Shown here piece by piece: positions 22,364 to 31,805 of a DNA stretch of 32,000 bases; within the stretch, counting starts at the first letter, position 1; every line of letters begins with the position of its first letter. Origin of the DNA: Blochmannia endosymbiont of Camponotus nipponensis. GTDB taxonomy: Bacteria; Pseudomonadota; Gammaproteobacteria; Enterobacterales; Enterobacteriaceae. The position numbers and the translations under genes were made by a program. The stretch spans positions 60,001-92,000 of the forward strand of contig NZ_CP046534.1 in the NCBI RefSeq assembly GCF_009827135.1, read 5' to 3'. The notes below the pieces were generated by a model, which saw only the letters and a program-made list of their open reading frames with translations, ran no database searches and was not told the DNA's origin.

Positions 22364-22918
22364 TCAAAACCTCATTAAGTCTAATTCTTTTTCTGCTAAA
22401 ATAGTATCAATTTCTTTAATCCAAATATTAGTTAGTTTTTGAATTTCGTTTTGAAAAAAATGCTCTTCATCTTCATTAATTTCTTTGTTTTTAAGTAAAA
22501 TTCTCGTTTTATCATTAGCAATACGACGTATGTTTCTTACAGATATTTTACTTTTTTCTGCTTCAGTGCGTATCATTTTGATTAAAATATGACGACGTTC
22601 TTCAGTTAATGAAGGTAACGTGACTCGAATCACATTTCCACAAGAAACAGGAATTAATCCTAAATCAGACATAAAAATAGCTTTTTCCGTTGATTTAATT
22701 ATTTTATGATCAAAAACTGTGATAGTTAATGTTCGTGCATTTTCTACTATAATATTCGCTAGTTGAAATAATGGAGTTAATACCCCATAATAATCTATTC
22801 GGATGCTATTTAACATATTCGAAGAAGCGCGCCCTACATGAATAGTATTCATATTCATTTTGAAGCTTTTAATGCATTTTTTCATGTGTATTTCTAAATC
22901 TCTCTGAATATTATCCAT
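22364..22918 (-). CDS. frr: Ribosome recycling factor
   Basis: Collinear with E. coli Frr (185 aa), including LPSLTEERR and VRNIRR.ANDK. I chose the ATG at 22918 (184 aa). The ORF track uses an in-frame GTG at 22930 (188 aa), which cannot be excluded. Confidence 0.93.
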   Translation of the reverse strand: MDNIQRDLEIHMKKCIKSFKMNMNTIHVGRASSNMLNSIRIDYYGVLTPLFQLANIIVENARTLTITVFDHKIIKSTEKAIFMSDLGLIPVSCGNVIRVTLPSLTEERRHILIKMIRTEAEKSKISVRNIRRIANDKTRILLKNKEINEDEEHFFQNEIQKLTNIWIKEIDTILAEKELDLMRF

Positions 22919-23015
22919 CTTATTAATCACATCACATACCCCACTTTATATTGCTTAATTAAAAAGTCAATTTATATGAATTTAAGTATTTCATTATAAT
23001 GTTAGAATATTTAAA

Positions 23016-23741
23016 CTATTTGGTAATTAGAGTCCCCTCTTTATATCCCATTATTATTCTTTTTAATGCTCCAAATTTATTTATATTAAATATACGTATC
23101 GGCAAATTGTGTTCTCGTGCTAATGTAAATGCTGTCAAATCCATAACTTTTAACTCACGCTCCAATACATCTTGGTAACTTAATTGTTCATACAATATGG
23201 CATCAGGATGTTGAACCGGATCGGTAGAAAACACACCATCCACTTTCGTTGCTTTAAGTACCACATCTGCTTTAATTTCAATACCACGTAAACAAGCTGC
23301 AGAATCAGTAGTAAACAAAGGATTTCCAGTGCCAGCTGCAAAAATTACTACCCAATTATTAGATAATAAATCAACAGCTTTTATCCAATTATAATGATCA
23401 CACACCCCATGTAACGGGATAGCTGACATCAAACGAGAATGGACATAAGCACGATGTAACGCACTCCTCATAGCTAATCCATTCATTATAGTCGCTAACA
23501 TTCCTATGTGATCTCCAACTACACGATTCATACCAGCTTTAACTAATCCGGCGCCTCGAAATAAATTACCACCTCCCATAACTATACCTATTTGAATGCC
23601 TATGTTAACTAGTTCTTTAAGTTCTATAACCATTCGGTTTAATACAGTAGTATCAATTCCAAAACCTTCGGCTCCTTGTAGAGCTTCTCCGCTCATTTTA
23701 AGCACGATACGCCGATAAATTGGTTTTGTGTGAGTTACCAT
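23016..23741 (-). CDS. pyrH: Uridylate (UMP) kinase
   Basis: 241 aa, the same length as E. coli PyrH, with [11 protein letters not shown] and GGGNLFRG motifs. The ATG is preceded by GAGGA 9 nt upstream. Confidence 0.97.
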   Translation of the reverse strand: MVTHTKPIYRRIVLKMSGEALQGAEGFGIDTTVLNRMVIELKELVNIGIQIGIVMGGGNLFRGAGLVKAGMNRVVGDHIGMLATIMNGLAMRSALHRAYVHSRLMSAIPLHGVCDHYNWIKAVDLLSNNWVVIFAAGTGNPLFTTDSAACLRGIEIKADVVLKATKVDGVFSTDPVQHPDAILYEQLSYQDVLERELKVMDLTAFTLAREHNLPIRIFNINKFGALKRIIMGYKEGTLITK

Positions 23742-23959
23742 TAATTATATTCCTCACAAAAAATGGCATAAACAGAAGCAAACACTAACTAAATGAAACT
23801 ATCAAAGTATAATATAACATATCAATAACTATTTCGATGTAATCAATGTAATTAACATAGTTTTTATGATTGCAATATTGAATATATTAACTCAAAAAAA
23901 CTATGATGATCCATGTTCAATGATTAAACTATTTACATTAATACACATAACATATTAAT

Positions 23960-24772
23960 TTATATATCCTCACCTAATTCAAAACGAGCAAAATTATTAA
24001 TTCTAATACAATGATCATTTAATAACTGCTCTACTGTTTTACTAATATCCATTATGAAGTTTTGTTTTAATAGTACAATATCGTTTATAAATTTATTCAC
24101 GCGCCCTTCAGTTATTTTTTCTGAAATTTTACATGATTTTCCAGATCGCATAGCAATATCCATCTGAATATTATTTTCACGCATCATTATATCTGATGGA
24201 ATATCATCCACGCTAACATACCTAGGACTTCTAGCTGCAATATGCATGGCAATGTGTTTTATTACATCTGTAGTTACATTCCCACTGGCAGTCACTATTA
24301 CACCAATTTTTGATCTATGTACATAACACCCTAAAAAATTACCTGTTAATGTAATCAGCCTACGAATTTTTATGTTTTCTCCAACTTTCGAAACTAAATT
24401 AGAACGTTGTTCTGAAAATTTAGTGTTTAAAATATCAATACTATCGATCTTTTCATTTAATGCTGTAATAGTAACAATTTTAGCGAACTCTTGAAAAGTA
24501 CTATCTTTCGCTACAAAATCAGTTTCGCAGTTTATTTCCATCATAATACCGTATTTGTATTTTTCAGTAGATATAATTTCTACCGTAATTAAACCTGATG
24601 ATGTTGTACGTCCAGACTTTTGAACAGCAATTTTGAGACCGGATTTTCTCATGTTATCTATAGCTAATTCGAGATTCCCATTAGCTGCAATCAAAGCTTG
24701 TTTGCACTCTAAAACACCAATACCAGTGCGCTTACGTAATTCTTTAATTAAATTATTATTAATATCAATCAT
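23960..24772 (-). CDS. tsf: Translation elongation factor Ts
   Basis: 270 aa. The N-terminal UBA-like segment LIKELRKRTGIGVLECKQAL compares with E. coli [20 protein letters not shown]. It lies directly downstream of rpsB. Confidence 0.96.
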   Translation of the reverse strand: MIDINNNLIKELRKRTGIGVLECKQALIAANGNLELAIDNMRKSGLKIAVQKSGRTTSSGLITVEIISTEKYKYGIMMEINCETDFVAKDSTFQEFAKIVTITALNEKIDSIDILNTKFSEQRSNLVSKVGENIKIRRLITLTGNFLGCYVHRSKIGVIVTASGNVTTDVIKHIAMHIAARSPRYVSVDDIPSDIMMRENNIQMDIAMRSGKSCKISEKITEGRVNKFINDIVLLKQNFIMDISKTVEQLLNDHCIRINNFARFELGEDI

Positions 24773-24840
24773 TTTTTTTCCACAGTAAAATCGTCATATT
24801 GAGAATATATATAAGGAAACATGATTCTAAACATTTAACT

Positions 24841-24877
24841 ATTAGTATAACTTACATGTAATTTTGATTATACTAAT
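24841..24877 (-). repeat. Perfect 10-bp inverted repeat (stem-loop) starting at the rpsB stop codon, in the rpsB-tsf spacer
   Basis: On the + strand, ATTAGTATAA (24841-24850) and TTATACTAAT (24868-24877) are exact reverse complements around a 17-nt loop. The loop contains the 10-nt palindrome TTACATGTAA. There is only one G:C pair and no U-tract follows on the mRNA strand, so any terminator or attenuator function is unproven. Confidence 0.4.
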
Positions 24878-25560
24878 CACGCAACACAATCCATATCTAT
24901 TACATTAAATATTATATTTAAATACAAATTGATCGCACGCACGGAATCATCATTACCTGGAATAATAAAATCTATTCCATCTGGATTAGAGTTAGTATCA
25001 ACTATCGCAAAAACCGGTATACCTAAACTATTTGCTTCTTTTATAGCGATATGTTCATGTGTTGAACCAATAGCAAAAATTGCATCTGGAAGTCCACCCA
25101 TATTTTTAATACCCCCTAAACTATTTTCTAAATTAATAAGTTCGCGATTCAAAATCAATGCCTCTTTTTTAGTTAATTTTTTAAAAGTACCATCTTGAGA
25201 TTGAGTTTCTAAATCTTTTAGACGTTTTATAGATTGACGCACCGTTTTCCAATTAGTTAACATCCCACCTAACCAACGGTGATTCACAAAAAATTGATTA
25301 CAAGCAAGTGCTGTTTTTTTCACTGCTTCGCTAGCTGCGCGTTTTGTACCTACGAACAAAATTTTACCCTTTAGTGAAGCAATTTTATTTAGTTCTATTA
25401 AGGCTTTTTTAAACATTAAGGCAGTTATTTCTAAATTGATAATATGTATTTTATTATGAACACCAAAAATAAAAGGTTTCATTTTAGGATTCCAATAACG
25501 AGTTTGATGACCAAAATGAACCCCAGCTTGAAGCATGTCCCGTATAGAAAGTTGTTCCAT
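24877..25560 (-). CDS. rpsB: 30S ribosomal protein S2
   Basis: Near-identical core to E. coli S2: [25 protein letters not shown].., [28 protein letters not shown]. The ORF track starts at a TTG (25572). The ATG at 25560 aligns with the E. coli N-terminus and has GAGGTG (25570-25565) 4-6 nt upstream. Confidence 0.96.
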   Translation of the reverse strand: MEQLSIRDMLQAGVHFGHQTRYWNPKMKPFIFGVHNKIHIINLEITALMFKKALIELNKIASLKGKILFVGTKRAASEAVKKTALACNQFFVNHRWLGGMLTNWKTVRQSIKRLKDLETQSQDGTFKKLTKKEALILNRELINLENSLGGIKNMGGLPDAIFAIGSTHEHIAIKEANSLGIPVFAIVDTNSNPDGIDFIIPGNDDSVRAINLYLNIIFNVIDMDCVA

Positions 25561-25756
25561 TATACACCTCAATTAATTTTCAAAATATATTATATTATAA
25601 TATTAATGGTTATCAGTACTTAAACATAGATAAATTATATAATACATGTTATAATTATTCTTGATAAGTTAGGTATAAGGAATAATTTATCTAATACAGT
25701 AAACCTAAATGCCCACATATTATGTATTCATTAATCACACAACTATAATACACATT

Positions 25757-26551
25757 ATGAAGATTATTATTAAAACAATTACAGATATAACAAAAATGCG
25801 CGTTGCCGGAAAGTTAGCCGCAGAAGTATTAGAAATGATTGAACCTTACATACAACCTGGAATTAGTACTGGAGAATTAGATTCTATTTGTCACGATTAT
25901 ATTACAAAAATAAAACATGCTATATCCGCTCCTCTTGGTTATCATGGATTTCCTAAGTCTATTTGCACTTCAATTAATGATGTTGTGTGTCATGGTATTC
26001 CAAACAATTTACATACATTAAAAGCAGGTGATATTATAAATATTGATATTACTGTAATTAAAGATGGATTATATGCTGATACTTCTAGAATGTTTATTGT
26101 TGGTCAATCGACCACATTAGGACACCGATTATGTCAAGTAACTCAAGACAGTCTTTACTTGGCTATTCGTATGATTAAGCCAGGTATACGCTTAAGAAAA
26201 GTAGGTCAAACTATTCAAAGTTTTGTTGAAAAGCAAAATTTTTCAATAGTAAGAGAATATTGTGGCCATGGGATTGGAAAGTTTTTTCATGAAGCTCCAC
26301 ACGTATTACACTATGATGCTGATGATGACGGTGTCATATTGCGATCTGGAATGACATTAACGATAGAACCTATGGTAAATGCAGGTGCACGCCATATTTA
26401 TGTTGAAAATGATGGATGGACAGTAAAAACAAAAGATCATAATTTGTCTGCACAATATGAACATACCATTGTTATTACAGAAAATGGTTGCGAAATATTA
26501 ACTCTACGATCCGATGAATCTTTACCATCAATTATTTGTCACTACAATTGA
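25757..26551 (+). CDS. map: Methionine aminopeptidase (type I)
   Basis: From the ATG at 25757 the protein is 264 aa (MKIIIKTITDITKMRVAG..), matching E. coli Map in length and N-terminus (MAISIKTPEDIEKMRVAG..). The 16 extra residues in the ORF-track start (25709) have no homolog counterpart. Confidence 0.95.
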   Translation: MKIIIKTITDITKMRVAGKLAAEVLEMIEPYIQPGISTGELDSICHDYITKIKHAISAPLGYHGFPKSICTSINDVVCHGIPNNLHTLKAGDIINIDITVIKDGLYADTSRMFIVGQSTTLGHRLCQVTQDSLYLAIRMIKPGIRLRKVGQTIQSFVEKQNFSIVREYCGHGIGKFFHEAPHVLHYDADDDGVILRSGMTLTIEPMVNAGARHIYVENDGWTVKTKDHNLSAQYEHTIVITENGCEILTLRSDESLPSIICHYN

Positions 26552-26928
26552 TTAAACATATATTTGTTTAAAATTAACTTTTTAAGTATATTTAAAATTG
26601 TATTAGCAATTAATTTGAATTAACCTATTATCATATATTATGTAATTAATATTCATATATTTATTAAAACGGAAAATTACGATTTTTATTTATTTTACTT
26701 TAATGAAAATACATTACAACATTTACTTCTTTATTTTTATCAATAACAGGCACACCTGCGCATCATCGTAGATATGCAGTGATATTATACTAAATATTAT
26801 TAGTAGTTTATTTAATGATATGTAAACGAATACAAAAATTTATATGATATTAATCTAAACAAAAATTATTTTAAAAATTAGTTATGAACGACATCTTAAA
26901 TGAACCATATATTATGGACATAAAACAT

Positions 26929-27750
26929 ATGAATCAGTTACAAAATATAATAGAAAATGCATTTGAAAGAAAAGAACACATTTCAAAAAATAACATTGAG
27001 CCCATCTTAAATAATGCTATTCAAAAAATTATGGATGGATTAGATAATGGAACATTACGTATATCAGAAAAAATTCATAATATATGGATTACTCATCAAT
27101 GGATAAAAAAAGCAATCATACTTTCGTTTTGTACTATGGACAATCAATTAATAACTTGGGGAAATGGTCGTTTTTTTGATAAATTTCCCATGAAATTTTC
27201 CGGCTGGGATGCCGCACATTTTAAAGAAAAAAAATTACGCGTAATTCCCCCAGCTACTGTACGTTACGGAGCTTACGTTGCTACTAACACAGTGATTATG
27301 CCTTCCTACATCAATATTGGTGCTTATATTGATGTAGGCACAATGATTGACACTTGGGCTACAGTTGGATCATGCGCTCAAATTGGAAAATATGTACATT
27401 TATCTGGAGGTGTTGGTATTGGAGGAGTCTTAGAACCTATCCAAGCTAATCCAACTATCATCGAAGATAATTGTTTTATCGGGTCTCGTTCTGAAATAGT
27501 AGAAGGCGTAATTGTTGAAAAAGGTGCTGTAATTTCCATGGGAGTATTTATAGGTCAAAGCACCAAAATATATGATCGAGATAGCGGGAAGATACACTAT
27601 GGACGTGTTCCAGCTGGTTCAGTCGTAATTCCCGGAAGTCTGCCGTCTAAGGACGGATGTGTCAATACTTACTGCGCAGTAATAGTAAAAACAGTCGATT
27701 CTAAAACTAAAAATAAAATTAAAATAAATGAATTATTACGTGATGCATAA
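26929..27750 (+). CDS. dapD: Tetrahydrodipicolinate N-succinyltransferase
   Basis: From the ATG at 26929 the protein is 273 aa, starting [14 protein letters not shown].. (E. coli MQQLQNIIETAFER.., 274 aa). The segment [42 protein letters not shown] is near-identical. The ORF-track start at 26884 adds 15 non-homologous residues. Confidence 0.95.
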   Translation: MNQLQNIIENAFERKEHISKNNIEPILNNAIQKIMDGLDNGTLRISEKIHNIWITHQWIKKAIILSFCTMDNQLITWGNGRFFDKFPMKFSGWDAAHFKEKKLRVIPPATVRYGAYVATNTVIMPSYINIGAYIDVGTMIDTWATVGSCAQIGKYVHLSGGVGIGGVLEPIQANPTIIEDNCFIGSRSEIVEGVIVEKGAVISMGVFIGQSTKIYDRDSGKIHYGRVPAGSVVIPGSLPSKDGCVNTYCAVIVKTVDSKTKNKIKINELLRDA

Positions 27751-28017
27751 AATACTTTATTTATTCGTTTAATACTTTCGTATTACATGAAATGTTGCGA
27801 TGTTTATTGCTTTAGTATTATTGAGACACTATGTATACCTGTAGTTTTGAAAAAAATTAATTTCTATCTATTTAACTTATATGTATAAACATCATTAATC
27901 ATAACTTATTCAAAAATAATATAAAAAGATATATCTGGATATTACCAAAAAATTACCTACTGATTTTATACGTAGATAAATCATTCACCGTAATTGAATT
28001 ATTTTATATATTTTAAA

Positions 28018-28042
28018 AAAAACTATAACAAATATAGTTTTT
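28018..28042. repeat. Perfect 10-bp inverted repeat, 64 nt upstream of recB
   Basis: AAAAACTATA (28018-28027), loop ACAAA, TATAGTTTTT (28033-28042). The shape is A-tract/stem/T-tract, but it is almost purely A/T. It is a weak candidate for a bidirectional terminator. Confidence 0.25.
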
Positions 28043-28105
28043 AATAAAATTAAATATAATATATATATATTTATCTATTATTTTTAAGCAATACAAACAA
28101 TAACC

Positions 28106-31100
28106 GTGCGCAATTTAAATGTTTTAAAACTACCTCTTTGTGGGATTAATCTCATTGAAGCTTCAGCGGGAACTGGTAAGACATATGCTCTTATAATAAT
28201 TTATCTTAGATTATTATTATGTTTAAAAAAAAAATCAGATTTTTACCGTCCTTTAACAATAAAAGAAATTCTTGTAGTAACTTTTACTAAATCTGGAGCA
28301 CAAGAACTACGTCATCGCATAAAAGAAAATATTCATCAATTACGATTAGATTGTATACGTGGATATAGTGATAATTTTTTATTTTCTGAATTATTGTTAC
28401 AGATAACTAATATAAATTTAGCTATATATCAATTATCTGAAGCAGAAAAAAACATCAATCAAGCATCTATATTCACTATTCATAGTTTTTGTCAAAATAT
28501 TTTATACCATAACACAATCGAATTAAACATGCTATTTGATACAAATATTATTGATAATGAAATAATATTATATCAACAAGTATGTACCGATTTTTGGAGA
28601 AGAAATTTTTATTCACTTCCATTGAATATAGTAAGCTTCATTCAAGAACATTGGAAAGATCCAAACACACTTTTAAAAGATATCCTTCCTTATATACATG
28701 GATCCAGACCTAGTATCAATTATAACAATATACATGAAGAAAAAAAAAGTATTGTAAAGTATTATGAAAAAATCCTGAATGATATTAATTTTTTAAAAAA
28801 ACAATGGTATAAAAACAAATATAATATAATTGATATCATTCATTCTTATGATATTAATCATAAAATATACAACAAAAAAAATTTAATACGTTGGATAGAT
28901 AAAATTAATCAATGGATTAAACAATCAACAATTGATCATACTATACCTAATGATCTACAACGTTTTAGAGCAACAGAATTAAGGATACATAATTATTATA
29001 GATCTGATTATATATATACCTTATTTGATTCAATAGAAAAATTATATCACCAATTGTCATTATTTAAAGAACTAATACTTGATATTACAATAAATGAAGT
29101 ACGTAAAGATTTAAATAACACCCAACATTTAAGATCAGAAATCACTTTTAACGATCTTGTTGATGTTTTAGCTCATAATCTAGTTAAAAATAAAGACAAT
29201 AAATTAGCAAATATAATACGCACGTGTTATCCGGTAGCTATTATTGATGAATTCCAAGACACAGATTCACATCAATTTAAAATTTTCCACACACTGTATA
29301 ATAATTATTCAAAAAATAGTCTTATTTTAATAGGGGATCCCAAACAATCAATTTATGCTTTCCGTGGAGCCGATATATTTGTTTATATGAAAATACGTCG
29401 AGCGATATGTAACAAATACAATCTGAATATTAATTGGCGTTCATCATCAAATATAGTTAATGCAATTAACCAATTGTTCCAGCTAAACTCTAATCCATTT
29501 ATTTTCAAAGATATTCCTTTTATTCCTTCAGAAGCGGCTAGCCGCAATCATATGTATCGATTTCTAATAAACAATCAATTACAAAAAGCTATGTGTTTTT
29601 GGCTACATCCCGACGAAATAGTTACAATGAACAACTATAAACAAGCAATGGCAAAGGAATGTGCCACTATTTTACATAATTTATTACATGAAATACATAA
29701 TGGAACGGCTTGGTTAGAAGATGACAAACATAAAAGAAAATTAAAAACATCAGATATAACTATATTAGTACGCAATCATGAAGAAGCATCACTTATTCGC
29801 TCTGTTTTATCAACAGTAAATATATCAACAGTATTTTTATCTCATCACAAAAATGTTTTTGAAACAGTAGAATCTTACGAATTATCATTATTATTACGAG
29901 CAATTTTATTTCCAGAGCGTAATACAATTTGCACTGCCTTAACCACTGTTTTTTTTGGATTAAATGCAGCTGATATTGAAAATATCAATAACAATGAATA
30001 CAAATGGGAACAAATAATTGAAGAGTTTTCCGAATATTATTCTATTTGGAAAAAAAAAGGTGTATATCTGATGATACAAAAGATAATTTTTTACTATAAA
30101 ACACCAGAAAAATTATTATCTATACCAAAAGGTGACATCAGATTAATAAATATTTTACATTTAAGTGAATTACTACAAAATGCCTCAAAAGAATTACAAG
30201 ATGAATATACACTCATGGAATGGTTAATGTTAAAAATAACACAGCCAAAAAGCAAAAAAATATCTGACCAAACTTTACGATCAAATAATAATGATCAATT
30301 AATAAAAATTAGCACAATACACAAATCTAAAGGATTAGAATTTCCATTAACATTTTTACCATTTATGGCAGATTTTAATTATAAAAAAAATATTTTTTTT
30401 CATGACAGAAAATCATATAAAACCCATCTAAATTTTAACGTATCAAAAAACAATTCAATATTAGCAGACGAAGAGCGTTTATCAGAAGATTTAAGGTTAT
30501 TATATGTAGCAGTAACTCGTAGTATTTATCATTGTTCTATAGGTATTGCCCCAGTAGTACACCGATATAAAAAAAAATCTAATATCAGTGATTTACATCA
30601 CAGCGCCTTGGGGTATTTAATCCAAAAAAAAACTTCTGGCAACGCAGAAACATTAAAACAACATTTAAAAAAGCTAACTATTAATTCAAATGGTGATATT
30701 TCCTTTCGTATCATTCCTCAATCACAAAAACCATTTTTTCATATACCACCTATTGTATCCAATCAATTTCTATCTGCAAGAAAATGGAAAAAATCAGTAA
30801 ATACCATTCCGTGGAAAATGACAAGTTTTAGCGCACTAAAACATACTGATACGACAACATGTTTAAATTTTCAGAAACAATTAGATATCGATGCAAACAT
30901 TCAGCATCAAGAAAATGACATTTCGTTAACACCACATACTTTTCCTAAAGGTAAAGTATGTGGAAACTTTTTCCATAGTATCTTTGAAATTTTAGATTTT
31001 AAAAAACTTGTGGATATAAAATGGTTACACATACATATGGAACAATACAATATTGATCCTATTTGGGGATTTACTATTCGAGAATGGATATATACAGTAT

Positions 31101-31636
31101 TCAACACACCCCTTAATAATGACAATCTAACTCTTGCGCAAATAACTCCTAAAAATAAAAAAACTGAACTTAAATTTTATTTACCTATTAATACTCATTT
31201 AACATCACAAGAATTAGACCATTTATGTAAAAATTACGATCCTTTATCACAAAAATCTCCACCGCTCACTTTTTTAGAAGTAACAGGAATGTTACAAGGA
31301 TGTATTGATTTAATCTTTCGTTGGAATCAGCAGTATTATTTATTAGATTATAAAACTAATTGGTTAGGAAAAAATAACAATGCTTATATTCATTCTAAAA
31401 TGACACAAGAAATGATTGAACATCGTTATGAATTACAATATCAACTTTATACTTTAGCGCTACATCGATTCCTACGTAATAGGCTCGTATCTTACAATTA
31501 TGAGAAATATTTTGGAGGAGTGTATTATTTATTTATACGAGGTATGGATGGAACACCGTATAGTAACGGTATTTATTTCTTTCGTCCATCACTAACATTT
31601 ATTAATAAATTAGACAATTTATTATTTAAAAAATAA
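28106..31636 (+). CDS. recB: Exodeoxyribonuclease V (RecBCD) beta subunit, helicase-nuclease
   Basis: 1176 aa versus E. coli at 1180 aa. Present: Walker A EASAGTGKT, helicase motif II IIDEFQDTD, GDPKQSIYAFRGAD, and the C-terminal nuclease motif GCIDLIFR..YYLLDYKTN. GTG start at 28106 with no alternative ATG nearby. Confidence 0.94.
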   Translation: MRNLNVLKLPLCGINLIEASAGTGKTYALIIIYLRLLLCLKKKSDFYRPLTIKEILVVTFTKSGAQELRHRIKENIHQLRLDCIRGYSDNFLFSELLLQITNINLAIYQLSEAEKNINQASIFTIHSFCQNILYHNTIELNMLFDTNIIDNEIILYQQVCTDFWRRNFYSLPLNIVSFIQEHWKDPNTLLKDILPYIHGSRPSINYNNIHEEKKSIVKYYEKILNDINFLKKQWYKNKYNIIDIIHSYDINHKIYNKKNLIRWIDKINQWIKQSTIDHTIPNDLQRFRATELRIHNYYRSDYIYTLFDSIEKLYHQLSLFKELILDITINEVRKDLNNTQHLRSEITFNDLVDVLAHNLVKNKDNKLANIIRTCYPVAIIDEFQDTDSHQFKIFHTLYNNYSKNSLILIGDPKQSIYAFRGADIFVYMKIRRAICNKYNLNINWRSSSNIVNAINQLFQLNSNPFIFKDIPFIPSEAASRNHMYRFLINNQLQKAMCFWLHPDEIVTMNNYKQAMAKECATILHNLLHEIHNGTAWLEDDKHKRKLKTSDITILVRNHEEASLIRSVLSTVNISTVFLSHHKNVFETVESYELSLLLRAILFPERNTICTALTTVFFGLNAADIENINNNEYKWEQIIEEFSEYYSIWKKKGVYLMIQKIIFYYKTPEKLLSIPKGDIRLINILHLSELLQNASKELQDEYTLMEWLMLKITQPKSKKISDQTLRSNNNDQLIKISTIHKSKGLEFPLTFLPFMADFNYKKNIFFHDRKSYKTHLNFNVSKNNSILADEERLSEDLRLLYVAVTRSIYHCSIGIAPVVHRYKKKSNISDLHHSALGYLIQKKTSGNAETLKQHLKKLTINSNGDISFRIIPQSQKPFFHIPPIVSNQFLSARKWKKSVNTIPWKMTSFSALKHTDTTTCLNFQKQLDIDANIQHQENDISLTPHTFPKGKVCGNFFHSIFEILDFKKLVDIKWLHIHMEQYNIDPIWGFTIREWIYTVFNTPLNNDNLTLAQITPKNKKTELKFYLPINTHLTSQELDHLCKNYDPLSQKSPPLTFLEVTGMLQGCIDLIFRWNQQYYLLDYKTNWLGKNNNAYIHSKMTQEMIEHRYELQYQLYTLALHRFLRNRLVSYNYEKYFGGVYYLFIRGMDGTPYSNGIYFFRPSLTFINKLDNLLFKK

Positions 31637-31805
31637 TCTAAATATTATTAAATACGTAATGTTTAAATTTATTATATAAAACGAAAAAGTACATTCTCAA
31701 ATAACATAACACAGACATCATGTCATACATTAAAAACCAATACACCTATATCTTTTGATATTAAAAATGATATCAACTACTATATATAATTAAACGATAG
31801 TTCCT

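Noticed and set aside
24929-25198. 89-aa ORF antisense to rpsB
   Set aside because: It lies opposite a near-identical S2 core sequence and is a shadow ORF.
26741-26800. Minus-strand translation LHIYDDAQVCLL in the map-dapD spacer, faintly resembling the GlnD segment LSVHDAQIFT
   Set aside because: The match is only 4-5 residues. It is also on the wrong strand for a glnD relic, which should be co-oriented with map and dapD. It is most likely coincidence.
28059-28070. (AT)6 dinucleotide run upstream of recB
   Set aside because: It is short and expected in sequence with well over 70% A+T. It is not a meaningful microsatellite or repeat array.
30907-31125. 72-aa ORF antisense to recB
   Set aside because: It is contained within recB and has no motif or start context.
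31755-31776. 7-bp inverted repeat TTGATAT-n8-ATATCAA, with a TTGATA/TATAAT pair upstream of recD, considered as a promoter or operator
   Set aside because: The -35-like and -10-like hexamers are 24 nt apart, which is too far. -10-like hexamers are everywhere in these spacers, so any promoter call would be unsupported.
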